Shown: positions 17,587 through 25,834 of the stretch, in pieces | Layout: every line of letters starts with the position of its first letter | Numbering within the stretch: position 1 is the stretch's first letter | Assembly: GCA_013166835.1 (NCBI GenBank) | Contig: JABLTI010000032.1 | Span: 1-25,834, forward strand | Direction of reading: 5' to 3' | Length of the DNA stretch: 25,834 bases | Source of the DNA: Promethearchaeati archaeon | Lineage (GTDB): Archaea > Asgardarchaeota > Heimdallarchaeia > JABLTI01 | Notes under the pieces: generated by a model | The model's input: only the letters and a program-made list of their open reading frames with translations | The model's database searches: none | Told to the model about the DNA's origin: nothing | Program-made: the position numbers and the translations under genes

Positions 17587-17752
17587 TAGAATTCCTCTTG
17601 TAGATGATATAAAACAAATCAATTTCCAAAATAAAAGTATTCTCAAGAAAAGAAAAGTAAGTGGTGGATCCAGCGCGATTTGAAGGATTTTGTTGATATT
17701 GATCAATAAATAGTGATTTCAATATTGTATTTAAAAAAATAAGAGAATCATT

Positions 17753-17790
17753 ACAAAAAAAAGAAAATTTGGAAGCTTGTTAAAGCTTCT
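17753..17790 (-). terminator. Hairpin (GAAGCTT-N4-AAGCTTC) followed by a U-tract on the minus strand
   Basis: Minus strand reads agaagctttaacaagcttccaaattttcttttttttg. Confidence 0.5.
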
Positions 17791-17830
17791 ATCTACTTAT
17801 TCCATCAACTTAGAAGAACCACAGAAATAG

Positions 17831-17941
17831 CTATGTAGATGTACTCAGAATGGTTAAAATAAGAGGGATTTTTGCTTTGGAGGTTTCACCGATAAGATGA
17901 ACTTGGCAATAATCACAATCAAACTCGGATTTTCTTGACAT
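17831..17941 (-). CDS. Candidate small CxxC protein (36 aa; possibly frameshifted, extending to 17797)
   Basis: ATG TCA AGA... translates to MSRKSEFDCDYCQVHLIGETSKAKIPLILTILSTST*; a terminator-like element follows. Confidence 0.3.
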   Translation of the reverse strand: MSRKSEFDCDYCQVHLIGETSKAKIPLILTILSTST

Positions 17942-18160
17942 GTTTGCGTTTTTTATAATTACTAAATTCGCTAATTCAGCATTTATTTAACCTAACGTCT
18001 AAATTTTTAGCTGTTTTGGTTTTTATTTACCAAATTAACTAATACTTTCGGCGTACAGTTTATATACAAGATCTGCAGAATATATGAATTTGATTAGAAA
18101 AAACAATTCTAATTCACCACTCAAAAAAACACCCCCTCCTTGAAAAGGGAGGTGAAATAA

Positions 18161-18238
18161 TTGGCAAAAAACAAGAAGAGACGTCAAACTCCAAAAAGAA
18201 AACCACAACCAAACCCAGTAGGACAAAAGAAGAAATAG
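18161..18238 (+). CDS. Candidate 25-aa highly basic micropeptide
   Basis: GGAGGTGA SD at 18148-18155, 5 nt before TTG; MAKNKKRRQTPKRKPQPNPVGQKKK*; TTTATATA box at 18059-18066. Confidence 0.5.
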   Translation: MAKNKKRRQTPKRKPQPNPVGQKKK

Positions 18239-18529
18239 TTGTTGACTCCAACTGTATGCCTCGTAGTAATCCCTTTGTTTGTTCCTGGTTTTGACGTGGT
18301 AAAGCCATCTCTTTCCCTTTGCTGATAAGTGATTGGGATTTTCTCTGACCTCAATCACTTTATCTTCCATTCTTTTTTTTCTGTTCTTATTTTCTTACAA
18401 CAAAACTCTGATTTCTTTTCTAAGAAAAGGTTGCAGATAAGGAGAAAGTGATATTAGCTCTTCTATTTAGAAAAGCTTTAATTCTTAATCTGAGATATCA
18501 TTTCGATTAAATCCGGGTTGTGTGTAGTG

Positions 18530-19903
18530 ATGAGTGAGAAGAGTGGTATTTACAAGACAATAAAGAATCCCCCAATTATTAAAGTGGTTTCGCCACTGCA
18601 AAGATTCATTGAAAAAGAAGCTACCAGTAGTAAAATACTCTTAGTGTGCATTTTGTTGGGGCTTATTTGGGCGAACATTCCTTGGGGAAACACCTACGAA
18701 GCGTTCTGGAATGTAACAGTGGGAATTCAGTTTTGGAACATTAATATTACTCAACCGTTAATCTGGTGGATAAATGATGGCTTAATGACCATATTCTTCT
18801 TTGTAATTGGGTTAGAGTTGAAAAGAGAGATATTGGTCGGAGGTTTAAATGACAAAAAGGACGCTCTTTTCGCTGTTCTTACCGGGATAAGTGGGATGAT
18901 TGTTCCGATAATCTTCTTCATGTTCATCAATTACCCTCGATTTGACTCATTTAAGGGATGGAGTATTCCAATCTCAACAGATATAGCTATTGCTTTAGGT
19001 ATTCTCTCACTGTTCAGTTATAATATACCGAAAAAGATTAGGCTCATCCTAACCTCTATGGCGATCATTGATGATATTGGTTCAATAATCATTATCTCAA
19101 TACTCCACTCACACTCGATTAATTGACTCTTCTTCGGACTCAGCTTTGTAGTTATTGGGATCTTAGTTGTATTCAATTTGGTGGGAATAAGGAATCCATT
19201 GTTCTTTGTTTTTCCAGGGATTATTCTCTGGTTCTTCATTTTAAGCTCAGGTGTACACGCAACAATAGCAGGAGTAATCGTTGCTGCAATAATTCCAGCA
19301 ACCAAGAGAATTGATTTACGCGATTTCTTCGAGATTGGGAAGAAGTCATTGAACGATATTGCCGAGCTCGAATTAGATCCTGACGAAGTGTCTTGTTACA
19401 ATAGAGTCGTTGCTCAAGTCTATGCCTTGGAAAAGGGATTCCAAAACATACGAACACCACTAAATATAATTGAGCATAAACTCATTGGTTGGGTAGCTTA
19501 CTTAATCGTACCTATATTCACAATAGCGAATTCCGGGATTAATTTCTTCACTCTGGGAACGAATCCCTTTACCAGTAGACTTTTCTGGGGAATAATACTT
19601 GGTCTCGTATTGGGAAAGCCAATTGGAGTGATGGTAGTAACGCTGATAGGCATAAAAACAAAACTTTTTGTTAAACCAGATAACGTGAATTGGTATCACA
19701 TATATGGCATGTCATTTCTACGAGGGATTGGTTTTACTATGTCCATCTTTTTAGCTGGTATAACGTTTTATTCGGATTTAGAACAACTCTCAATAGCGAA
19801 AATAGCTGTTTTGTTTGGTTCAGTGATTTCAGGCATCACTGCTTTTGTGTTATTAAAAATATCAGTGAAAAAAATAAGAAGTGAAAGAAAAACAGGGGTA
19901 TAA
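18530..19903 (+). pseudogene. nhaA: Na+/H+ antiporter NhaA interrupted by one in-frame TGA (19124-19126)
   Basis: WINDGLM..FFFVIGLELKRE, TDIA, AIIDD, SGVHATIAGV, GLVLGKPIG, GIGFTMSIF, AKIAVL. Both ORF halves are in the same frame, joined by SIN*LFFGLSFVVIGILVVFNLVG. Confidence 0.85.
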
Positions 19904-20293
19904 TTACTCCCCTGCTTTACCATATGTAAACTCATGAGCACACCAACGAGGTCTATCAGCTTTCAACCAGATATCTAAGTCTGCTTTCTCGTAGACAACT
20001 TTACCATTTATTTTGAGAACGATTTTCTCTATTTGCCAATCGTCATCTTTTCCTGTTTGTGTCTTTTTTTGAAAGCAGAGAAACCTAAACCATGATGCAT
20101 CCATTCCAAGAGGAACATCTAATTCATAGATGTCAGTTCTTCCTCGTTCGAAATCATCATACTTGGGTTTATCTAATATCCAACGATGTCCACCGATCTG
20201 AAGGACTATTTGATCATCAGTTCCGCTCCTTCTTGCTTTACCTGTTGTAATCTCAAGGATTATTGTTTTGATCTTCGCATATCTTTTAGCCAT
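19904..20293 (-). CDS. Stand-alone PLAT/LH2 domain protein
   Basis: ITTG..SGTDDQIVLQIGG..LDKPKYDDFERGRTDIYEL...DDWQIEKIVL...WL matches the PLAT consensus (GTD..V...FERG..D.F...W.le.V). Confidence 0.7.
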   Translation of the reverse strand: MAKRYAKIKTIILEITTGKARRSGTDDQIVLQIGGHRWILDKPKYDDFERGRTDIYELDVPLGMDASWFRFLCFQKKTQTGKDDDWQIEKIVLKINGKVVYEKADLDIWLKADRPRWCAHEFTYGKAGE

Positions 20294-20541
20294 TTTTTAA
20301 CAAACTTTTATTTTTGTTAAAGAAACTATTATTGCAGCATCAAGTATAAAAACTATTTGTCTTTAGATTTCGCTGTTCATTGGTTCCTAAATCTTATCCG
20401 TTCTTTCTTCCTATGCATGAGCATTTTCACTCAAAATGAATTATAAATTAAAAAATAATATGAATTGGAGTCTCAAACATATAGTTTATAAACTAATTGG
20501 CATAAGGGAACTACTTAAAATAAAAAAAATGATGATTACAA

Positions 20542-21066
20542 ATGGATGAAACAAGGTCACATATTATTCAAGATTTGGTAACACAACTTGAGAATGATGA
20601 TTGGCTTGTGAGATATAATGCTGCAAAAATATTAGGAGATATTGATGCAGAAGAAGCTATCCAACAATTACTCGAAAAACTCGGCAGGGAAGACAATCGG
20701 GATGTTCGTAGGAGAATAGTCCAATCTTTGGTCAAAATTGACCTAAATATAGTGATTCCTGACTTGATTTGGATTATGAAAAGTGATAGTAGTATGATGG
20801 TAAGATATACTGCTGCAAGAGCATTAGGTCGAATGGGTGCAACAGAAGCAATTCCACATATAATGGAGAGAATTGCTAAGGAAAAGAACAATGAAAGTAT
20901 TTTCTGGTTTAATTTAGCTTTAGCAAGATTAGAAGAAGATAAGAAAGGACAAGGAATAAGAGCTATCGAAGAAATGAAGAAGAAGAAGCTACTGACTGTT
21001 AAGCAAGAATTAGAGTTCTCTAAATTTCTTAAGGAATTAAAGCAAAGGAAAAAAAGAAAGAAATGA
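20542..21066 (+). CDS. HEAT/PBS-lyase repeat protein
   Basis: DWLVRYNAAKILGDI, DVRRRIVQSLVKI, MMVRYTAARALGRM repeats; basic C-terminus. Confidence 0.82.
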   Translation: MDETRSHIIQDLVTQLENDDWLVRYNAAKILGDIDAEEAIQQLLEKLGREDNRDVRRRIVQSLVKIDLNIVIPDLIWIMKSDSSMMVRYTAARALGRMGATEAIPHIMERIAKEKNNESIFWFNLALARLEEDKKGQGIRAIEEMKKKKLLTVKQELEFSKFLKELKQRKKRKK

Positions 21067-21079
21067 ATGTGGTTATTTA

Positions 21080-22144
21080 CTAAAGCCACTTCTTTCTTCT
21101 AAAGAAAATAATCATACCAATAACGATAACGACCATAACACAGACAATTGATAAATAACCCCATTTCCAAGCAAGCTCTGGCATATTTTGAAAATTCATG
21201 CCATAAATACCAGCGATGAAAGTTAAAGGAATAAAAATAGTAGCAATAATTGTTAAAACCTTCATTACTTCATTCATTTTATTACTGACACTGGACATAA
21301 AAATGTCAATCATTCCAGAAATCATATCTCTAAAGGTTTCTATTGTATCGATGATTTGTATAACGTGATCATAAACATCACGAATATAAACACCCATGGA
21401 TTCATTAATAAAATCAGAATCCATTTTGCTTAATTGACTTAGAACTTCTCGTAAAGGCCAAGTAGCTTTTCGAATTTTAATAATTTCCTTCTTAAAGTCA
21501 TAGATTTCGTGTAAAATTTCAGGAGTAGGATTCTGAATTAAGGTTTCTTGTAAAGCGTCTAATCTATCACCATAATCCTCCAAAATATTGAAAAAATTAT
21601 CAACTAAAACATCTAATATAACATAAACTAAATAGTCTACACTTAATTTGCGTATTCTTCCTTTACTACTCCTAATTCTATCATGAATTTGTTCAAATTG
21701 GTTAGGTTGTAGTTCTTGAAATGTGAAAACAAAATTTTTGCCAAGAATAAGACTTATTTGCTCTAATTCTAAAACCTCATCCTTATCATAGTTAATCGCT
21801 TTTAATACTATGAAAATATAGTCTGGAAAGTAGTCGATTTTCAATCTTTGATTAGTTGTATATATGTCTTCAACAATGAGTGGATGAATATTGAAATTAT
21901 TGCCTATGTTTTTTAGAAGTTCAAAATCATGCGTTCCTACAATATCTACCCAATTAACTCGATTTGATATAAATAAATCTGCTAATTTATCAATATTCTT
22001 TAGTTCTTTTTCCTCAAAATTGTTCTCATTATAAGAAAAGAATCTAATAATAGTTTCTTTGGAGTTAGTTGTTGAATTACTATTGTTAGTGTTTTTTATA
22101 TCTATAGTACTATCTTTTTGACCAATCAATTTTAACATCTTCAA
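21080..22144 (-). CDS. corA: Magnesium/cobalt transporter CorA
   Basis: HPLIVEDI, QRLKID, RDVYDH, SNKMNEVMKVLTIIATIFIPLTFIAGIYGMNF..MPEL.W.WGY (GMN motif); exact start uncertain. Confidence 0.93.
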   Translation of the reverse strand: MKMLKLIGQKDSTIDIKNTNNSNSTTNSKETIIRFFSYNENNFEEKELKNIDKLADLFISNRVNWVDIVGTHDFELLKNIGNNFNIHPLIVEDIYTTNQRLKIDYFPDYIFIVLKAINYDKDEVLELEQISLILGKNFVFTFQELQPNQFEQIHDRIRSSKGRIRKLSVDYLVYVILDVLVDNFFNILEDYGDRLDALQETLIQNPTPEILHEIYDFKKEIIKIRKATWPLREVLSQLSKMDSDFINESMGVYIRDVYDHVIQIIDTIETFRDMISGMIDIFMSSVSNKMNEVMKVLTIIATIFIPLTFIAGIYGMNFQNMPELAWKWGYLSIVCVMVVIVIGMIIFFRRKKWL

Positions 22145-22258
22145 ATATATTAATTATAAATTATTATGCTTATTATTAATATTTTTTAGGGGGAAATATA
22201 AACAAAATCAAGGAATATTAATTAGCAATCATTTGAAATCAATACAAGAGGGAAATTA

Positions 22259-23139
22259 TTACCCAAAGTAAAATCATTATCTGAATTAATAGAAAAATTA
22301 GGGAATAATCAATGGGATTTCTTTGAAAGTGAGAATTATAGAGACAAAGAATTATCAGCTAGAATAGTAAATCCAATTCCTGAGTTCATAAATCAGAGAA
22401 AGAAGTGGAGTCTTTTTGGGATTTTTGTAGGGTATATGATTATGAAATTTTTTAAGGATCGAATAATCTCCCCAAAAGCTCGAATTATTTCAAGTGTTCC
22501 ATTGGCTGAAATTTCAATGATTAATCTGAATAAAATAAGTATGAGCAAAGAAGTGTTGGTGATAAAAGACAATGTAATACCGACACATGAAATTGAGAGC
22601 TTACTAAAGCAAGTAAATGGTTGCAAGGATACAAGGAAAAAACTTGGGAAGATAGCATTATTGATACTTGGCTATTATCTCACTTAGATCAATTTTATCG
22701 ATTTCATCAGTATCCTGTTCTTACAACTTTCTCAAATAGCGAAGTACAAAGTGTCCAAGCATTTCTAAAACAACTAATTACTTGGTTGAAAAAAGAGTTT
22801 AACTCAGCAAAAAATGTCTTTCTGAATCCTAAATTAGGCATTAACAATGTTATTCGAGCTGACATTGACTTGATCATTGATGGTGTTCTCTGGGACATTA
22901 AAACGACAAAGTACCCGGAAAAAGCAACGAATTCCGAGATAAACTTCCTCTTCGCTTGTACCTCCTTAGTGCATTATCATAATCAAGAACAAGAAAGATT
23001 CTTTCCTTCAATTAACTCCATCGCGTACCTTTTCACGCAACAATTAACACATTGGAAGAAGGATATCAAGGATTATAGCTACAAAAAATGGGAAGAAGTC
23101 ATTAGTAAACTTATAAAACTGACTAAGGATAATATGTGA
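22259..23139 (+). pseudogene. Frameshifted PD-(D/E)XK nuclease-like gene
   Basis: One frame is open 22226-22687 and a second ~22597-23139, switching near attgagagctt (~22592-22602). The C-terminal part has NPKLG...RADIDLIIDGVLWDIKTTK. No canonical start codon near the GAGGG RBS at 22248. Confidence 0.55.
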
Positions 23140-23237
23140 GAAACATTCCCTTTTATCGTAAGTACTATTCTATAATTGAAGGAAGAAAATTATTTATTAT
23201 CGCAAAAAGGTTTCAAGTAAAGAACAAGTTGGTCAAA

Positions 23238-24512
23238 ATGCATTACATCTCTATTATTTTAGTTAGCATATCGATTGTCATATTCATTCTGTTTGTACCA
23301 ATTTCCTATACCATGATTGGGGTTTGGTTATCTGAAGTGGGTTTATTCTTCATGGTTATTCCTCTAAGTTTAATCATTACTTCAATAGTGAGACTTGCTT
23401 TTTATATTCAAACTAAAACTTTTTCAGGGGATTTCTACTCGCTGTTAGTTATTGTTCTGATTAATATTTTTACAATCATTCGTTTACTGATTCCATTTTT
23501 TTACTTGCAAGCCACGAACAAGCAATCACAAGAAAACATGAAGAGATACTTAGGAGAGAATTACTTAGCAGAAATAGAGGAAGACATCGAAGTGAAATAT
23601 TTTAAGAAAGTTCGATTCAATTTGTTTTCTTATTACATGGAAATCAGAAAAAAACAAGAAAGTAAAATTACTATAAAGAAAAATATTGAATATACAAAAA
23701 AGAAAAAAGCTAAATTTGGATATTTGAATGCCTACATTCCAAAGAAAAATGGCAAGTTTCCTGCAATAATCTTCCTCCACGGAGGAGGGTGGATTTTAGG
23801 ATCAAAGGATTATATAACACATGAGAGAATAGGTAAATTGTTAGCTAATCTTGGGTATTCTGTGTTTAATATTAATTATCAATTAATTCCTATTAATTCA
23901 CTTTTGAAAAATCGTTCAATACTGAAACATAAACCCGAAATGAATGAAATGGTTCAGGATTTAACGAAAGCAATTCAGTTTGTGAAAGATAACTCAATAC
24001 AATATAAAGTTCATCCCGAAAAGATTTTCCTTTTTGGGAGATCAGCTGGAGGTCATTTGGTGCTGCTTACATCGTTTCTAAGGCAAGAGAAGGATATCCT
24101 TGGAGTAGTTGGCTTGTATCCTGTCACAGAGCTAAAAGGAATGTATCATTTCTTTGAACAAAAACACAAAATAACGTTTGAAGTAATAGATCAGTTGACA
24201 AAGGAGAAGGAAAAAATGAATGAATTCCACAAACTTTTTTCTCCCATAGAGTATGTAACTGAAGACAATAAGGAGAACATTCCACCTATTTTTCTAGCAA
24301 CTGGTTTAAGGGATCATTTGGTTAATCCTGAACAATCTGAGAAACTATTCACTAAATTACAGGAATTTGGGTTAACCAGTGTCTTATTAAAACTTCCATG
24401 GGCAAATCATACTTTTGATGTAATCATAAATGGCCCAGGAGGACAATTAGTCTTTAAATACTTATCACAATTCCTCGCATGGGTTTTAAGTACAAAGAAG
24501 AAATCCTCTTAG
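23238..24512 (+). CDS. Membrane-anchored alpha/beta hydrolase (HSL-like esterase/lipase)
   Basis: About 3 N-terminal TM segments; FLHGGGW oxyanion hole, GRSAGGHL nucleophile, GLRDHLV (Asp) and ANHTFD (His). Confidence 0.88.
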   Translation: MHYISIILVSISIVIFILFVPISYTMIGVWLSEVGLFFMVIPLSLIITSIVRLAFYIQTKTFSGDFYSLLVIVLINIFTIIRLLIPFFYLQATNKQSQENMKRYLGENYLAEIEEDIEVKYFKKVRFNLFSYYMEIRKKQESKITIKKNIEYTKKKKAKFGYLNAYIPKKNGKFPAIIFLHGGGWILGSKDYITHERIGKLLANLGYSVFNINYQLIPINSLLKNRSILKHKPEMNEMVQDLTKAIQFVKDNSIQYKVHPEKIFLFGRSAGGHLVLLTSFLRQEKDILGVVGLYPVTELKGMYHFFEQKHKITFEVIDQLTKEKEKMNEFHKLFSPIEYVTEDNKENIPPIFLATGLRDHLVNPEQSEKLFTKLQEFGLTSVLLKLPWANHTFDVIINGPGGQLVFKYLSQFLAWVLSTKKKSS

Positions 24513-24536
24513 TTCGTTAATCTTTATAAGTCAATC

Positions 24537-25271
24537 TTACTGAGAGTTACTACTTTGCTGAACAATTGTTTTTGGTTTGATTCTCCAGATATTGATGAAA
24601 ATTTCAACAAAGAGAATTATACCCAAAATAACATATATTATCCTTGAAAAATCCGCCATATTCCAAGCGTAAATATACTTAGTTGGTTCTAAAATGTTAT
24701 TGACTTTGAAGACTGCAGCAAGAATTCTTACTATAGTTAGGGGGAAAATGAAAAAAGGAGTTATCAATATTCTAGACATCCACCCTTCAATTTTTCTTAG
24801 AGACCAGAAACTGATGCTTAACAACAACATTGCCAAAGCTAAGGGAATAAGCTCGGCGAAAGGCATTGCAATAATAATTAGTTCAGTCCATAATTCATAA
24901 GGAAATGATTCAGATATTGGGATAAAACTAGCTATACCCCAGGCAATTAGTATTACAATCAATAATACAATCATTGATGAGAGAATTATAACAATCCTCT
25001 TCAAATTTCGCTTAAGATTTGTTTTAGTAAAATATTCTCTTAAACCCATTAATCCATAGCAGAACATTGCAAATGCAATAATTTCCAGAATTACTTGACT
25101 AATGAAAAGAACAGGTATATCCTGAACAACAAATATGTCAACCCATATGATGCTGGTTATTAGTAATAGATATCTTAGAATGAAGATTCCTATTGAATAA
25201 AGTAAAATTGTTTTTATTTGACGTAATTTTTGTAGATTCTTTTTAGGCCTATCTTTATTGTAATTTTCCAT
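24537..25271 (-). CDS. Hypothetical polytopic membrane protein
   Basis: 244 aa with about 6 hydrophobic helices; no family motif recognised. Confidence 0.7.
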   Translation of the reverse strand: MENYNKDRPKKNLQKLRQIKTILLYSIGIFILRYLLLITSIIWVDIFVVQDIPVLFISQVILEIIAFAMFCYGLMGLREYFTKTNLKRNLKRIVIILSSMIVLLIVILIAWGIASFIPISESFPYELWTELIIIAMPFAELIPLALAMLLLSISFWSLRKIEGWMSRILITPFFIFPLTIVRILAAVFKVNNILEPTKYIYAWNMADFSRIIYVILGIILFVEIFINIWRIKPKTIVQQSSNSQ

Positions 25272-25413
25272 GTTGTTTAGTCCACAAATTCATTTTTACT
25301 ATTTAATTTTCTAACTGATTTTATGAAATTTATATTAAAAAGATTTCATACTGTACTTTATTTACGAACAATTTTTTAAATATAATTGCTAAAATATTTA
25401 ATTGGGAAATAAT

Positions 25414-25834
25414 ATGGCACTTCAAGATTCGGAGATAATACAATTTATATGGACTTGGCTACAAGAAAATTATAAACAACTAATTGTAGCATTAGTGGTT
25501 ATCCTAGTTTCAACTTTATTCATGATTTTCTCCGCACGTTATATTAAACGATTAGAAAAAAGAAATAAATTAACTGAAAACTACAGTAAGGTACTAATTC
25601 GTATTATCCGAGTCATATATTCGTTTGTTTTTCTATTTAGCATTCTGATCGCATTTAATGTAACTGTTGGAGCGATAACCGGAGCTGTAGCATTATTGGG
25701 AGGTACCATTCTTGGTTTTGCAGCGATAAATACTATCGGCAATGCTCTAGCAGGTTTGATTATTATGATTAGTAAACCAATTCATATAGGTGATAGAATT
25801 TTTTACAATGAGCAATTCGCTGATGTACAATCAA
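25414..25834 (+). CDS. mscS: Small-conductance mechanosensitive channel MscS family, 3'-truncated by window edge
   Basis: Translated manually: MALQDSEIIQ...GAITGAVALLGGTILGFAAINTIGNALAGLIIMISKPIHIGDRIFYNEQFADV (TM3 plus 'P..GD.I' motif). Confidence 0.85.
   Translation, partial: MALQDSEIIQFIWTWLQENYKQLIVALVVILVSTLFMIFSARYIKRLEKRNKLTENYSKVLIRIIRVIYSFVFLFSILIAFNVTVGAITGAVALLGGTILGFAAINTIGNALAGLIIMISKPIHIGDRIFYNEQFADVQS

Noticed and set aside
18035-18370. 111-aa minus-strand ORF with a hydrophobic stretch (possible type I toxin)
   Set aside because: The hydrophobic part is simply the reverse complement of the A-rich basic micro-ORF, and there is no clear RBS. The first ~45 codons cannot be fully excluded as a gene remnant.
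17587-18529. Possible CRISPR array, tRNA or IS element in the longest intergenic gap
   Set aside because: No regularly spaced repeats, cloverleaf, terminal inverted repeats or transposase motifs were seen.
8706-19903. Selenocysteine or genetic-code reassignment as the explanation for the in-frame TGAs at 9078 and 19124
   Set aside because: Neither TGA aligns with an evident catalytic Cys, TGA terminates several genes normally, Trp is encoded by TGG, and no SECIS was recognised by eye.
20568-21089. 173-aa antisense ORF opposite the HEAT-repeat gene
   Set aside because: Ser/Leu/Phe-rich shadow of a well-supported plus-strand gene; no motifs.
806-24900. Numerous 60-115 aa alternate-frame or antisense ORFs nested in larger genes
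   Set aside because: They overlap confidently assigned CDSs and lack motifs or RBSs.

Overview
AT-rich, gene-dense prokaryotic window. The gene mix (LVIVD surface proteins with C-terminal anchors, a long TPR protein, three TIGR04076 proteins, HEAT and PLAT proteins, GGTGA-type Shine-Dalgarno sites, frequent TTG starts) suggests an anaerobic archaeon, possibly Asgard/Heimdallarchaeia-like; this is inference only. The most notable element is an operon at 8706-11100, divergent from an ArsR (CVC motif) gene and behind a 28-bp palindrome. It encodes a stand-alone HdrA-N-terminal-like Cys protein, a 2x[4Fe-4S] ferredoxin, a DGC zinc-binding domain fused to a GcvH-like lipoyl carrier, and two more DGC proteins. 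A lipoyl-less E2 acyltransferase and a tandem flavodoxin/Isf protein lie nearby. Also present: an allantoinase/hydantoin racemase/PLP decarboxylase cluster flanked by a duplicated ~70-bp leader, a creatininase, two GNATs, nhaA interrupted by one in-frame TGA, a frameshifted PD-(D/E)XK nuclease-like gene, corA, a membrane-anchored esterase, a partial mscS, and two candidate micro-ORFs missing from the ORF track. No rRNA, tRNA, CRISPR array or transposase was recognised.
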